A stretch of 64,000 nucleotides of DNA from Octopus sinensis (lineage: Eukaryota), in contig NC_043021.1 of assembly GCF_006345805.1 (NCBI RefSeq), forward strand, positions 19,096,001-19,160,000. Direction: 5' to 3'. This document shows positions 35,330 through 48,365 of the stretch, in pieces. Every line of letters starts with the position of its first letter. The stretch's first letter is position 1. The notes under the pieces were generated by a model. The model was not told the DNA's origin and ran no database searches. It saw only the letters and a list, made by a program, of their open reading frames with translations. The translations under genes were made by a program, and so were the position numbers.

Positions 35330-35475
35330 TAGATAGATGGATAGATAGATAGATAGATAGGTAGATAGATAGAGATAGACTTACAGACAAACGGGCAGGC
35401 AAATGGATTGGTTGATAGATGGGTAGATAGAAAGACAGACAGACAGACAGACAGACAGATAGATAGATAGATAGA
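35030..35475. repeat. (GA)/(GACA)/(GATA) compound microsatellite
   Basis: Direct reading. Confidence 0.9.
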
Positions 35476-35486
35476 CCTCAATATAT

Positions 35487-36413
35487 GAGTAACACCTCAA
35501 TATATGAGTTAATTTGTTCCTGGAGACCACTCGTAAAGCGAAAACTTGTAAAGCAGAGCAATAATTTCCCATAGTAGCAATGTTATAAATCGTAATTCGT
35601 TCCCAGAAAAAATATTTCACCTGTAAAATTTATTATACTCATAAATAAATGTCAATGAAAAAACAGGAGAATGTAAAGAGTATTTTATGTAAAGTATAAA
35701 GAATGTCAATAATTAAAAAAGATAAAAATAAACAAAAACAAAAATAAATTACACAAACGTATATAAACACTCCCCCCCCACACACACACACTAACTAAAC
35801 ATAGACACACATAGATATACGCATGCGCAAATGAAGACACATACAATAGAAATGCAAAATACAAAATGGCTGGCCGTTAGTAAGGAGAGACACACAAATA
35901 AGAAAGAAGAAAGCAAAGGACCACTGATGAGGTCACAGGAGTGTGACGAAAGAATTCTGGCCGAAATAAGATTAAGATTAATGTAAAAAATAAATAAAAC
36001 TGAAGCAAAGTAACACCAAATATATAGTGCATGTGTTTTTATTGGCTAAACTGGCAAAATGACCATTCCGAAATACAACAATGTCTGTTTCAACACACAA
36101 CTTCACATAAAAAATCTTGCAAAACAAATATATAAACGTAAAAATTTTTTAAATATTGTTATTATAATCGTTTTCTGAATCACTTTCACTCACACTAGAA
36201 TTACACACACCATCACTTGTAGATGCGATCGCCAATTCACAAGCACTTGTAGACAGACTTGTAGATTTCTTTTTGGAAAACAAATCTAGAGTTGTTTGCT
36301 TAAGAGTAGCTTTCTTTTCGCTCTCTATAAATTCCTCAGTAACACACAGAAGCATTTGTTATGGTAGTAGAAACTTTTACACAAGCGGATCCTTGTAAAG
36401 TGAGGTATTACTG
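35487..36413 (-). mobile_element. pogo/Tigger-type non-autonomous DNA transposon
   Basis: Imperfect TIRs agtaacacctcaatatatgag / cttgtaaagtgaggtattactg-TA. Minus frame contains KQTTLDLFS, matching the Q-T-L-D-x-F motif of Tigger transposase C-termini. Confidence 0.6.
35921..35960 (+). ncRNA. Minimal hammerhead-like motif
   Basis: CCA-CTGATGA-G-GTCACA GGAG TGTGAC-GAAA-GAAT-TC-TGG: 3-bp stem I, 6-bp stem II, one extra G. Confidence 0.5.
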
Positions 36414-36467
36414 TATATATGCTTACAAGCAGATGGATCTTTTATATATATATGCTTACAAGTAGAT

Positions 36468-36880
36468 GGATCTTTTCGGTTTGAACAGCAGTTTTTTAAA
36501 ATAATTTCCACGTAACTAAACACTTTTAAACTTCGTATACTGGTGAGAATGTGTTTATAAAACATCTTTTTCTCTTGGCTTTATTGAGAAAATTCTATAG
36601 TTTGTAAGATATTTGTTGTATTTTTTTCTTCAATTTCTGCAATTTCAACCAATCAATGACGTCTATTGAGGTGAAAACATTCTGTGCCGTATGATAATGT
36701 CCCTCGTTTAAGAAACAGATTGGGTTTATTTACATTTGTGAAGAAAAAAAGATACCCTTCCCCCCACCCCTAACCCTAAAACAGATTGAAATGCAATAGA
36801 TCGATACTAGGGTCATAATTATGGGTGACAATTTCATATGACACTGCTAGAAAAATCTGCCGTTCAATCCGAAAAGATCC
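36468..36880. mobile_element. MITE with 30-bp TIRs (Merlin-like)
   Basis: GGATCTTTTCGGTTTGAACAGCAGTTTTTT vs reverse complement GGATCTTTTCGGATTGAACGGCAGATTTTT. Flanks AAGTAGAT / AGGTAGAT (7/8 TSD); GG termini. Confidence 0.65.
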
Positions 36881-37248
36881 AGGTAGATATATAGATGTGT
36901 GGAGAAAAAGAAAAAACAAAGAGAGAGAACTAAAAATCCAGAATATAATTACTGTTTTAAATATTTGATTAAATTGTAAACCTGTTTCTGTCCCTGTTGC
37001 AACCATTTGAGTCTAGTTCAGTCAATGCGATGTGGTCTTTGATACGTCTCGCAAATAATGTAACCATTGTATTTTTTGGTTTACACTGGATGAATAAATG
37101 ATAAACACCATTGTGACCAACAGTACCACAGCAACATAAAGGCATTAGAAACCTTTGTGATTTAACAGCAAAAGCCAAATTTATAAGAAACCCTGAATCA
37201 ATCTCAGAGACCAACACAAGTTCGTCAAAACCAGAATCAAATTAAATA

Positions 37249-38030
37249 GGCGCAGGAGTGGCTGTGTGGTAAGTAGCTTGCTTACCAACCACATGGTTCC
37301 GGGTTCAGTCCCACTGCGTGGCACCTTGGGCAAGTGTCTTCTACTATAGCCTTGGGCCGACCAAAGCCTTGTGAGTGGATTTGGTAGACGGAAACTGAAA
37401 GAAGCCCATCGTATATATGTGTGCGTGTATGTTTCTGTGTCTGTGTTTGTCCCCCTAGTATTGCTTGACAACCAATGCTGGTGTGTTTATGTCCCCGTCA
37501 CTTAGCGGTTCGGCAAAAGAGACTGATAAAATAAGTACTGGGCTTACAAAGAATAAGTCCCGGGGTCGAGTTGCTCGACTAAAGGCGGTGCTCTAGCATT
37601 ACCGCAGTCAAATGACTGAAACAAGTAAAAAGAGTAAAGAGGCGCAGGAGTGGCTGTGTGGTAAGTAGCTTGCTTACCAACCACATGGTTCTGGGTTCAG
37701 TCCCACTGCGTGGCACCTTGGGCAAGTGTCTTCTACTATAGCCTCGGGCCGACCAAAGCCTTGTGAGTGGATTTGGTAGACGGAAACTGAAAGAAGCCCA
37801 TCGTATATATGTGTGCGTGTATGTTTCTGTGTCTGTGTTTGTCCCCCTAGCATTGCTTGACAACCGATGCTGGTGTGTTTATGTCCCCGTCACTTAGCGG
37901 TTCGGCAAAAGAGACTGATAGAATAAGTACTGGGCTTACAAAGAATAAGTCCCAAGGTCGAGTTGCTCGACTAAAGGCGGTGCTCCAGCATGGCTGCAGT
38001 CAAATGACTGAAACAAGTAAAAAGAGTAAA
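37249..38030 (+). mobile_element. Head-to-tail pair of near-identical full-length SINE-A (37249-37640, 37641-38030); further 3' half at 38135-38360
   Basis: Both copies share private variants (cccgtcacttagc, gagactgata, gtcgagttgctcg). Confidence 0.92.
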
Positions 38031-38664
38031 GAGAGTGTTAAACAAGTAAGAATAGAAAAGATAATGAAAAAAAATAACATACAAGGCAACAGAGTCTATA
38101 TATGTATGTATATGCGTGCTCGTGTACGTTTGCATGTGTGTGGCTTTGCTGAACTGTTTAGTTGTGGGGATGTAAAAGAACCAACACTGGTTGTCATACT
38201 GCAATGGGGTGTGGGGGTGGGGTGGCAAACACAGACACAAAGACACACAGAGATAAACACACACACAAAGAATAAATCCAGGGTTTGATTTCTTCGACTA
38301 AAAATCCCTTAAAGGCAAGTGCTCCAGTATGGCCACATGCAAATAACTAAACCAAGTAATAAAATAAATGAATAAAAAAACAAGCGTCTTCACAATCAGT
38401 AACGGTTACAAATCCCAGATATGACTTCTTTCATAAGACATAATCCCTTATAGGGATTAACTAGTTTAATGTCAGTTAATCTTTATAACTCAATGCATAT
38501 AAAAATTTTCTTATTTTCTCTTTACTTTTAATCTCCTTCTTTGATTATCTATTTCGTAATCTGCATTTTCTTTTCGTAATTGTTCTCTGTTAGAGTTTTC
38601 CCTTGTCAAGTGCCGTTTCGCTCATTTATACCTTCCAACCCATGCCAGCATGGAAAAGAAGAAA

Positions 38665-38804
38665 TTAGATGATGATGATGGTGATGATGATGATGATGAT
38701 GATGATGATAGTGACCATGATGATGGTGACAACGACGATGATGATTAGGAAGAGGGGAGGAGGAGGAGGGGAAGATAGGTGGTGGTGAGGATGATGATGA
38801 TGAC

Positions 38805-38849
<45 letters not shown>

Positions 38850-39190
38850 AATGACCATGACCATGACGATGGTGACGACTATGATGATGATTAGGAAGGG
38901 GGGGAGGAGGAGGGGAAGATAGGTGGTGGTGAGGATGATGATGATGATGATGATAATGACCATGACCATGACGATGGTGACAACGACGATGATGATTAGG
39001 AAGAGGGGAGGAGGAGGAGGGGAAGATAGGTGGTGGTGAGGATGATGATGATGATGATGATAATGACCATGACCATGACGATGGTGACAATGACGATGAT
39101 GATTAGGAAGAGGGGAGGAGGAGGAGGGGAAGATAGGTGGTGGTGAGGATGATGATGATGAGGATGATGATTATCATGATGATGAGGATG
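38665..39190. repeat. Higher-order minisatellite, about four ~110-140-bp units built from GAT/GAC/GGA triplets
   Basis: Unit gaccatgaccatgacgatggtgac...gattaggaag...gaggaggagg...ggaagataggtggtggtgaggatgatg recurs four times. Confidence 0.85.
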
Positions 39191-39409
39191 ATTCTTTCTC
39201 TTTCTTTGTCCTTTATCCAGTTTCATTTCTTCCTTCCTTCCTTCCTTCCTTCTTTCCTTCCTTCCTCATTTCTTTCCTTTCTTCCTTTCAATCCACGTAA
39301 ACGAACTGATACAGTGCAAGACGACCAATCTCTCGGAGGTCTGTCTCGTCCTGTCGTTGGCACTGTGCTCTTTGCAACATCCATGGCACTTAAACCTCAC
39401 CATGTTGCA

Positions 39410-39545
39410 TGGAGACTCAGGAAGACATAGGACGAAATACTGAAGGACAACCTCAAGACACTGAACCTTACGAAGACGATGACAAAGGACTGAAATATCT
39501 GGTGCCTTGTTGTATTCAAGAAGACCCAGGCTGCTTCCCCTGCTT
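39410..39545 (+). mobile_element. RTE LINE ORF-end fragment
   Basis: Reads RLRKT*DEILKDNLKTLNLTKTMTKD*NIW...KKTQA, homologous to the 49838-50101 peptide. Confidence 0.6.
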
Positions 39546-39554
39546 GTTTGTTTG

Positions 39555-39927
39555 TTTGTTTGTTGGTTGAGCGAAGCGGTCTTCGTCCGTATTGGAAGAA
39601 GTCCGATATGTGGTCCTTTGCTATTCGTAAGACCCGCAGAAGAGAAAGCAGGTCAACTCTCGACACTGAGAGCATCGATGGATGGATGAATGCGCATCCA
39701 GGCTCAGCGGTTGCGTAGGAAGTTGGGGACAAGAAACAGGAAGAAAGAGTGAGAGAAAGTTGGAGCGAAAGAGTACAACAGGGGTCACCACCACCCCCTA
39801 CTGGAGCCACGTGGAGCTTTTAGGTGTTTTCGCTCAATAAACACACACAACACCCAGTCTGGGAATTGAAACCGCGATCCTCCGACCGCGAGTCTGCTGC
39901 CCTAACCACTGGGCCATTAGGCCTCCA
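39555..39927 (-). mobile_element. SINE-C, tail type 3
   Basis: Same head as 6172 and 40655, but tail cctacgcaaccgctgagcctggatgcgc...gaagaccgcttcgctc + (AAAC)n. Confidence 0.8.
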
Positions 39928-39944
39928 CTGCTTCCCCTGCTGAA

Positions 39945-40160
39945 AGGGATTGGCCTGCAAGAGTCTTGTGCCAGTGCCACATAATAAGCAACCAGTACAT
40001 TCTGTAAAATGGTTGGCATTAGGAAGAACATCCAGCTGTAGAAACCAAGCCAAATTAGAACCTGGAACCTGGTGTAGCTCTTCTGCCTGCCAGCTGTGGT
40101 CAATCTGTCTAACCCATGCCATCATGGAAAGCAGACGTAAAATGGTGGTGGTGGTGGTGG
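39945..40160 (+). mobile_element. Family E
   Basis: RTE tail motifs. Confidence 0.7.
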
Positions 40161-40399
40161 TTGTCGTCATCGTCGTCGTGGTTGTGGTGTCAGTTCTGAC
40201 ACTCTCTTTAAGTCAATGTGACAACTAATATAACCCACTGCAATCCGACAGTGGCAGCGCTGTTGGTGATGATCACCGTTCTGTTGTCTAGAGGCATCAG
40301 CTTCAGTTTCTTCTATAGAGTAAATTACTTATCATAGACTATCATCCCAGAAAGAGATTGATTTCTCATCCACTGCAAAAACTAGAAAGACCAAAGGCA

Positions 40400-40640
40400 A
40401 GCACCATCCATCCATCCAGCCAGCCATCTTCTCCTGGAAGGGTCATGGGTGGAGAGTCCTCAGGCACCTCCTCCATGAGATCTTATCAGCAACAACTATT
40501 GCTAGACTTTTTTCATTGGATTTCCAAGCACAACACTCTGAAACTATGGATGTTATCCAATCGTCTCTTTCTTGGCCTTTCCCTAAATCTTCTGCCAGTT
40601 GTAGGGGTAGAGTCCTCCACATCTCTTCCATAGGATCCTA
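40400..40640 (-). mobile_element. Degenerate RTE-type LINE 3' end
   Basis: Minus frames give RERPRKRRLDNI and a DKISWRR-like segment, followed by a (GGAT)n-like tail. Confidence 0.4.
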
Positions 40641-40654
40641 TCAAAAGCAATAGT

Positions 40655-41190
40655 AAAGGCACAATGGCCCAGTGGTTAGGGCAGTGGACTTGCGGTCATA
40701 GGATCACGGTTTCAATTCCCAGACTGGGTGTTGTGAGTGTTTATTGAGTGAAAACACCTAAAAGCTCCATGAAGCTCTGGCAGGGGGTGGTGGCAAACCC
40801 TGCTGTATTCTTTCACCACAACTTCCTCTCATTCATTCTTCCTGTTTCTCTTGTACCTGTATTTCAAAGGGGCCTGCCTTCTCACAATCTGTGTCACGCT
40901 GAATCTCCCCTGAGAACTATGTGAAGGGTACACGTGTCTGTGGAGTGCTCAGCCACTTGCATGTTAATTTGACAAGCAGGCTGTTCCGTTGATCGGATCG
41001 ACTGGAACCCTCATCGTCATAACCGACAGAGTGACACGATCGAAATCAACTCTCATTACACTTTCTGGTTGGCCTCCCAAGCATGACTAACTGAGAGTTG
41101 GGTATTATCCACCCGTCTCATTCTTGGTCTACCCCTAAGTCTCCTGCAGGGGGACTCAGCTCAAAGGATCTGTCTCACAGTTCTTTCCTG
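40655..41190 (+). mobile_element. SINE-C head with SINE-D tail, plus 150-bp flank; copy 1 of a direct repeat
   Basis: Repeated at 41733-42253, including non-SINE flank caactctcattacactttctgg...cagttctttcctgca. Confidence 0.85.
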
Positions 41191-41705
41191 CACATACAGC
41201 TTTGATCAGCCTGGGGTTACTATAGAAGACACGCTGAGTGACTGAACCCGAGGTAAAATGGTTAGGCGGTCGCAATTAACCAAATATTAATTAGTCTGAT
41301 GTTAATTTAATTATCGCCTCATGGTTAGATGAGGCTTTCAAAAATAAGTCTATAGACTCATTAAAATGTTCCTCCCCACGGAAATCTTTAGTAAAAGGCG
41401 AAAGATTTATCCGCTCAGGGTGAGGAGAAACCAGAGTTAACTGGCACAGAATTTGACATTCAATATCATACAAAATATCTGAATAGCTAACACTGATTTT
41501 AAAACATAAATTAATGCTTTTAATTAATTCTATGCTGGACAAATTTTCAATCCTTTTAAATTTGAATAATTATTACATTATAATAAATATTTTAGACTAT
41601 ATCTTGTAAGGAGATATTTAGACTTTAATTTAATAAAACTAAATATATTTATATCTATCAGTGATGTTTATAATCAACCTTCACCTTGACAACTGCTGAT
41701 TTTCC
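41190..41705. repeat. Repeat Y, copy 2
   Basis: Aligns with 2890-3425. Confidence 0.85.
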
Positions 41706-41732
41706 TCCCTTCTAAAACCACACATCTGTAAG

Positions 41733-42253
41733 TAGATGGTTTAGTGTTTAGGGCAGCGGACACGCGGTCGTACGATTGCGGTTTCGATTCCCAGACTGGA
41801 TGTTGTGAGTGTTTAGTGATCGAAAACAGCTAGTGGCTCCGGCAGGGGTGGGGGGTGAGCCCCGCTGTACTCTTTCACCACAACTTCCTCTCATTCATTC
41901 TTCCTGTTTCTCTTGTACCTGTATTTCAAAGGGGCCTGCCTTCTCACAATCTGTGTCACACTGAATCTCCCCTGAGAACTATGTTAAGGGTACACGTGTC
42001 TGTGGAGTGCTCAGCCACTTGCATGTTAATTTGACAAGCAGGCTGTTCCGTTGATCGGATCGACTGGAACCCTCATTGTCATAACCGACAGAGTTCCACA
42101 ATCAAAAGCAACTCTCATTACACTTTCTGGTTGGACTCCCAAGCATGACCAACTGAGAGTTGGGTATTATCCACCCGTCTCATTCTTGATCTACCCCTAG
42201 GTCTCCTGCAGGGGGACTCAGCTCAAAGAATCTGTCTCACAGTTCTTTCCTGC
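41733..42253 (+). mobile_element. Copy 2 of the SINE-C/D plus flank direct repeat
   Basis: See 40655-41190. Confidence 0.85.
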
Positions 42254-42539
42254 AACATTCTAATCCATGTCCATAATACTGGAACTGTGACCCCTCAATG
42301 TGGAAAAGCAGCAGTTCAACTTCAAGAGACACCTTGATCTCTCAGCTATTCACCATGTCAGGTATTATCACCCCAGAGATCCTTCAAAGAACCCCATATC
42401 AGTTCCTTGTATTCACTATCATACTCTTTCTTACATTACCCAATATTCATGACCACAGGCAAGAGTCAACCCTACCTATTACCCCTCAGCTTAAAAAAGG
42501 GGATTTTCTTCTGTTTTCTTTTTTTCATTTCTTTTTATT

Positions 42540-42945
42540 GTTGCTAACCAACCACATGGTTCTGGGTTCAGTTCCACTGCGTGGCACCTTGGGCAAGTGT
42601 CTTCTGCTATAGCCCCGGGCCGACCAATGCCTTGTGAGTGGATTTGGTAGACGGAAACTGAAAGAAGCCTGTCGTATATATGTATATGTATATATATGTG
42701 TATGTGTGTTTGTTTGTGTGTGTGTGCGTTTGTCCCCCTAGCATTGCTTGACAACCGATGCTGGTGTGTTTGCTTCCCCTTCACTTAGCGGTTCGGCAAA
42801 AGAGACCGATAGAATAAGTACTAGGCTTACAAAAGAATAAGTCCCGGGGTCGATTTGCTCGACTAAAGGCGGTGCTCCAGCATGGCCGCAGTCAAATGAC
42901 TGAAACAAAGTAAAAGAGTAAAAGAGTAAAAGAGTAAAAGAGTAT
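42540..42945 (+). mobile_element. SINE-A, young copy with (GTAAAAGA)n tail
   Basis: Family motifs, CpGs intact. Confidence 0.9.
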
Positions 42946-43924
42946 TGTTTATTTATAACTCTTGGTGTTTCTCTTCTCCCTTGTTTTCATCCTATCGTTG
43001 TACATAAACCATCTTCTCTTCCTGGGAGATGTAAACAGTAAGAGAGAGATTTACTCAAAGCTTTACACAAGACTTAACATGATCCATTAATTAACATCTC
43101 TAAATATTGCTACAGTGTGTTTGTTTGTTTGTGTGAATGTATATATGCTTGTATGCTTGTATGTATGTATATGTGTATGTATGTATGTCATTATTTAGTT
43201 TTATTTCAAGAGAGAAAGAGATAGTTTTTAACCTAGATTCAAGGCTCCTTCACTGGAATTTCAACATCAACAGGCTATTTTTGAATGTATGTATGTGTGT
43301 GTGTATATATATGTATATATGTAGATTTGTATCTATTGTTTACGTATGTATTCTCATGTATATAGCTGCATGTCTAGACATGCTTATATATGTGTATGTA
43401 AGTGTGTGTGTGTGTGTATGTATGCGTGTTTGGGTGTTTATAGTTGCCTATGTGTATATAGGTGTGTTTATTTGTATGTTTACCTATGTGTATGTATATT
43501 TGTGTGTATGTTTGTGTGTATCTATGCTTGTGTTTGTATGTATATATATCTATATATATTTGTATGAGTATATGTTTGTCTATGTGTTTGTAAGTTTGTC
43601 TGTGTATGTTTGAATGTATGTATATTTGGACAATTATATATATACTGATGTATGTGCAATGAGGCCTCATATACATTCTTTTGAACAACTAATATAGAAA
43701 TAATCCTCATGTATATATAACCCATACCAGCATGGAAAATAGACAAAATGATGATGATGACAATGATGATGATGCGGATCTATATATATATATATATAAT
43801 TTAGCTTAGTTAAAATGTTTGACATATTTCAACATCTAATACATATTTTAACTAACCTAAACTTTGCTTATACCTAAACACTGCTTGGCACTGATATTAC
43901 GGTAATATATATATTATATATATA

Positions 43925-44195
43925 TATGCCGCCCTGACTGGCCTCGTGCCGGTGGCACGTAAAAAGCACCATCCGATCGTGGCCGTTTGCCAGCCTCGTC
44001 TGGCACCTGTGCCGGTGGCACGTAAAAAGATACCCACTACACTCACGGAATGGTTGGCATTAGGAAAGGCATCCAGCTATAGAAACACTGCCAGATCAGA
44101 CTGGGCCTGGTGCAGCCTTCTGGCTTCCCAGACCCCAGTTGAACCGTCCAACCCATGCTAGCATGGAAAGCGGACACTAAACAATGATGATGATG
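43925..44195 (+). mobile_element. Family E
   Basis: Two gtgccggtggcacgtaaaaa motifs and RTE tail. Confidence 0.85.
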
Positions 44196-45282
44196 ATTAT
44201 GATATTATGATAATAACTGCACTTGAACTTCTTCCTCAATTACATTCTGCTGAAATTTTGGTTGCATCAACTATGACCCATGTCATTTATGCCATCAAAT
44301 ATGGTAAATACATCAGCACCAAACATCATAGAATTAATGTGAAATAGACTCCTGAATTCTAGTGTGTTGTAATTCGTTACCTTAATTAGAGACTGTCTGC
44401 ATAATTTGGGGATAATCTGTAAGCTAACAATCCATTGTTTCAAAATGCGTGTGTGTTGGTGAGGTGGTAATGAGAGGAGAATTAACCCCTTTGAATCTGT
44501 CCCCTTTCCTCCTTGTAATTAGCTTTAACTTCTTCCCCTTCCATTTCATCATACTGGTTCTATGAGGTCTTCATGACTCAGTAAAATCCCTGGGATATTT
44601 CTTTATCACTAAAATAAATTAAGGTAAGCCTCTGTGTCAGTGAGATGGATTAGAGACGAGGAAGGACTAAAGAGGACTCTTTTCTGTCAATCTGGCGAAA
44701 TCTCTTTAGGGGTTCTAAACAATAGAAATAATCTGCTGCGCTGCTCTGCGTTTAACAGATTATCAGATATTATGTATATGTGACCATTCAGTGTATGTAT
44801 ATATGTATATATGTATATATATGTATATATAATATATATATATATAATACATATATATATATACATATAATATATACATACATACATACATATATACATA
44901 CATATATATATATAATATATTTATACATAGATATATATATATATATATATAATATTATATACATACATACATACATATATATATATATACTACATACATA
45001 CATACATATATAGATATATACATACATATATATATATAATATATTTATATATATGTATAATACATACATAGATATATGTATATGGAGGGGGCATTGTTGT
45101 GGATGGGGAGTGGGAGGGGTCTGACATATTTTAATGATATTAACTTATTACTATATTAGGGAACCAAAATGAGATTAGCCCTATTTTGATAAATACATTT
45201 GGAATTTTTACATAACCTATTACAGCATAAAGTTTAAATCCACACTATCTCAAACAAACATGATCATACATATATATATATA

Positions 45283-45346
<64 letters not shown>

Positions 45347-45388
45347 TATATACATATATATATATACATATATATATAATATATATAT

Positions 45389-45997
45389 AATAGTTATCGC
45401 CATACTAATATGGCATTCTTATAAAAATAAGAAAAAAGCTGTCCGCTTATTAGCTCCATGAGGCCATCGCCTTAAGTTAGCTATTTGATACACAAACTGT
45501 ATCCATATAACCTTCGAACAACTTTTTTCTTATTCTTATAAGAATGCCATATTAGTATGGCGATAACTATTATTTTCCGGGAACGCTGCCGCTGTTCTCT
45601 TTTAGAGAGACTTAGTTATTTTAATATTTCTATTATTGAAAACAAGTGGATGTATTCCACCGAAACTAGGTAAATAAAACCATCGAACAGAGATTGTCGG
45701 AAGCGACACCTACTGGCTGGCTACGCTGCATTGAAAAGGGGCAATACCCCGAAACGCGTCTGTAGCTGCCGGTCAAGTAGTGTGGAGCGACTGACCTCCC
45801 TTGTTCGAAGGTTATATGGATACAGTTTGTGTATCAAATAGCTAACTTAAGGCGATGGCCTCATGGAGCTAATAAGCGGACAGCTTTTTTCTTATTTTTA
45901 TAAGAATGCCATATTAGTATGGCGATAACTATTATTTTCCGGGAACGCTGCCGCTGTTCTCTTTTAGAGAGACTTAGTTATTTTAATATTTCTATTA
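45389..45997 (+). mobile_element. Non-coding PLE-type mini-element with inverted and direct terminal repeats
   Basis: 45389-45521 is the reverse complement of 45801-45933; 45522-45635 is a direct repeat of 45884-45997; (TA)n on both sides. Confidence 0.85.
45725..45766 (+). ncRNA. Minimal type-I hammerhead with U3-A8 core (TTGAAAA)
   Basis: GCTGCA-TTGAAAA-GGGG CAATA CCCC-GAAA-CGCG-TC-TGTAGC: 6-bp stem I, 4-bp stem II, palindromic ACGCGT stem III, GUC cleavage triplet. Confidence 0.8.
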
Positions 45998-46014
45998 TAT
46001 ATATATATATATAT

Positions 46015-46345
46015 ATCATCATCATCATCATCATTTAACATCCGTTTTCCATGCTAGTATGGGTTGGACAGTTCGACTGGGGTCTGGGAAGCCAGGAGGC
46101 TGCACCAGACACCAGTCTGATCTGGCAGTGTTTCTACAGCTGGATGCCCTTCTTAACGCCAACCACTCCGTGAGTGTGGTGGGTGCTTTTTATGTTCCAC
46201 CGGCACGGAAGCCAGTCAAGGCGGTGCTGGCATCGGCCACGTTTGGATGGTGCTTTTTACGTGCCACTGGCACAGGTATCACAACTACAATTTCCATTTG
46301 ATTTTTGATGTTGATGTACTTGACTCAATAGGTCTCCTCAAGCAC
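46015..46345 (-). mobile_element. Family E reaching into the RTE ORF end
   Basis: Tail motifs plus gtgcttgaggagacc (VLEET, compare VLEKT). Confidence 0.8.
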
Positions 46346-46419
46346 GCACACACACACGCATATATATGTCTGTATCAGCTATATATGTATATATATGCCT
46401 GTATATGTGTCAGTGTCAG

Positions 46420-46460
<41 letters not shown>

Positions 46461-46461
<1 letters not shown>

Positions 46462-46790
46462 GAGGGTGAGTCAAAAAGTAATGCCATTTCGTTTAGGACA
46501 GGTATAATTACCAACACAGGAACATGTATCATACATCAAAATGAAGCTGGTCCTCTGTGGATCACATCCCTACTTCTCAACATAGTCACCATTTCTCCCA
46601 ATAGCAATGTTCCACCTTCGAATGAGAGCATGTATCCCTGCCCCATAAATTCTGTTGACTGTTCTTTGAGCCATTTCTTCACTACAGTTGTCACTTCCTT
46701 TTCACTGGAATAATGTTTGCCTCTCAAACCCTCAGTCATGGGGCTGAAGAGATGATAGTCTGAAGGTGCTAAATCTGGTGAGTGTGGAGG
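46461..46790 (-). mobile_element. Mariner transposon 3' fragment
   Basis: Minus strand PPHSPDLAPSDYHLFSPMTEGLRGKHYSSEKEV...WL; terminal TA-CGAGGGTGAGTCAAAAAGT. Confidence 0.88.
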
Positions 46791-46829
46791 TAGTGAAGAA
46801 GTGGCTCAAAGAACAGTCCAAACGACAAG

Positions 46830-47115
46830 CCTTGCTTTTCCCATTGGTCTTCTATATCTTACAAACCTTCTATGAAAACTTTACATAATGCTAGAACTTT
46901 AAATCTTGGTTTCTGTTGGGGTGCTTTCCACAAACAAGTTGTTCATATACCATCTGTTTAGAGGGTCCTCTGATCAGTCATTCAAACAAGGTGCACTATT
47001 GTTTCAATGTTCAGGATGTCAGCTCCCTTCAACACCTCTGAGTCTGGAGGCTGCAAGGACCTGCCAACATTAAGAATTCAGACATCTCTGATGGAAGTGT
47101 TCAAGGACTCTTAAA
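46830..47115 (-). mobile_element. Degenerate RTE (BovB-like) LINE fragment
   Basis: Across frameshifts: LEHFHQRCL...DSEVLKGADILNIE...RMTDQR..KQMVYEQL..GK.. Confidence 0.55.
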
Positions 47116-47131
47116 TAAATTATACATATTA

Positions 47132-47179
<48 letters not shown>

Positions 47180-47288
47180 TACAAAATTAGAAAATGGAGA
47201 AACATACTTAAATCAATAAAACATCAACTATCAGATGATACCCAATCAATACTTTATTACACCATTACATATCAGTAAAGGCATTATA

Positions 47289-47876
<588 letters not shown>

Positions 47877-48365
47877 ATATATATACACACATATATTAAT
47901 CAAAATGTACAGTATTATATATCCACCATGGCCAATCTCTAATGTTAGAGAGCAGTCACCATATTTCATTCCATATCAGCTACCTCTGATGTGCATAGGG
48001 TTATAGAATCACTGTAACCCTAGCACAAAACCAATTAGTAAGATTGGCCATGATGGATATATAATGCTGTACACATCAGATAATATACCCATTCTATTGA
48101 CGGTTATACAAGTACATCTTTTTCCTGATTTTTGGACTTTTATAAACTCTCAGAGGCACACCCAAGTACCTTAATCTTATCTACCAAATACTTCAGTTCA
48201 CTGAAGGGATGGAAGTAAAGTGGGGTACTATGGCCTCTTGACTGAAACAGCTGTAAGATACTATCCTACCTTCTTGCTCCACATTATATATTTTAATAAT
48301 TACTGGTATTTCTACATTTTATATATTATATATGTAAAGCATAATATGTTATACATGTATGTATA

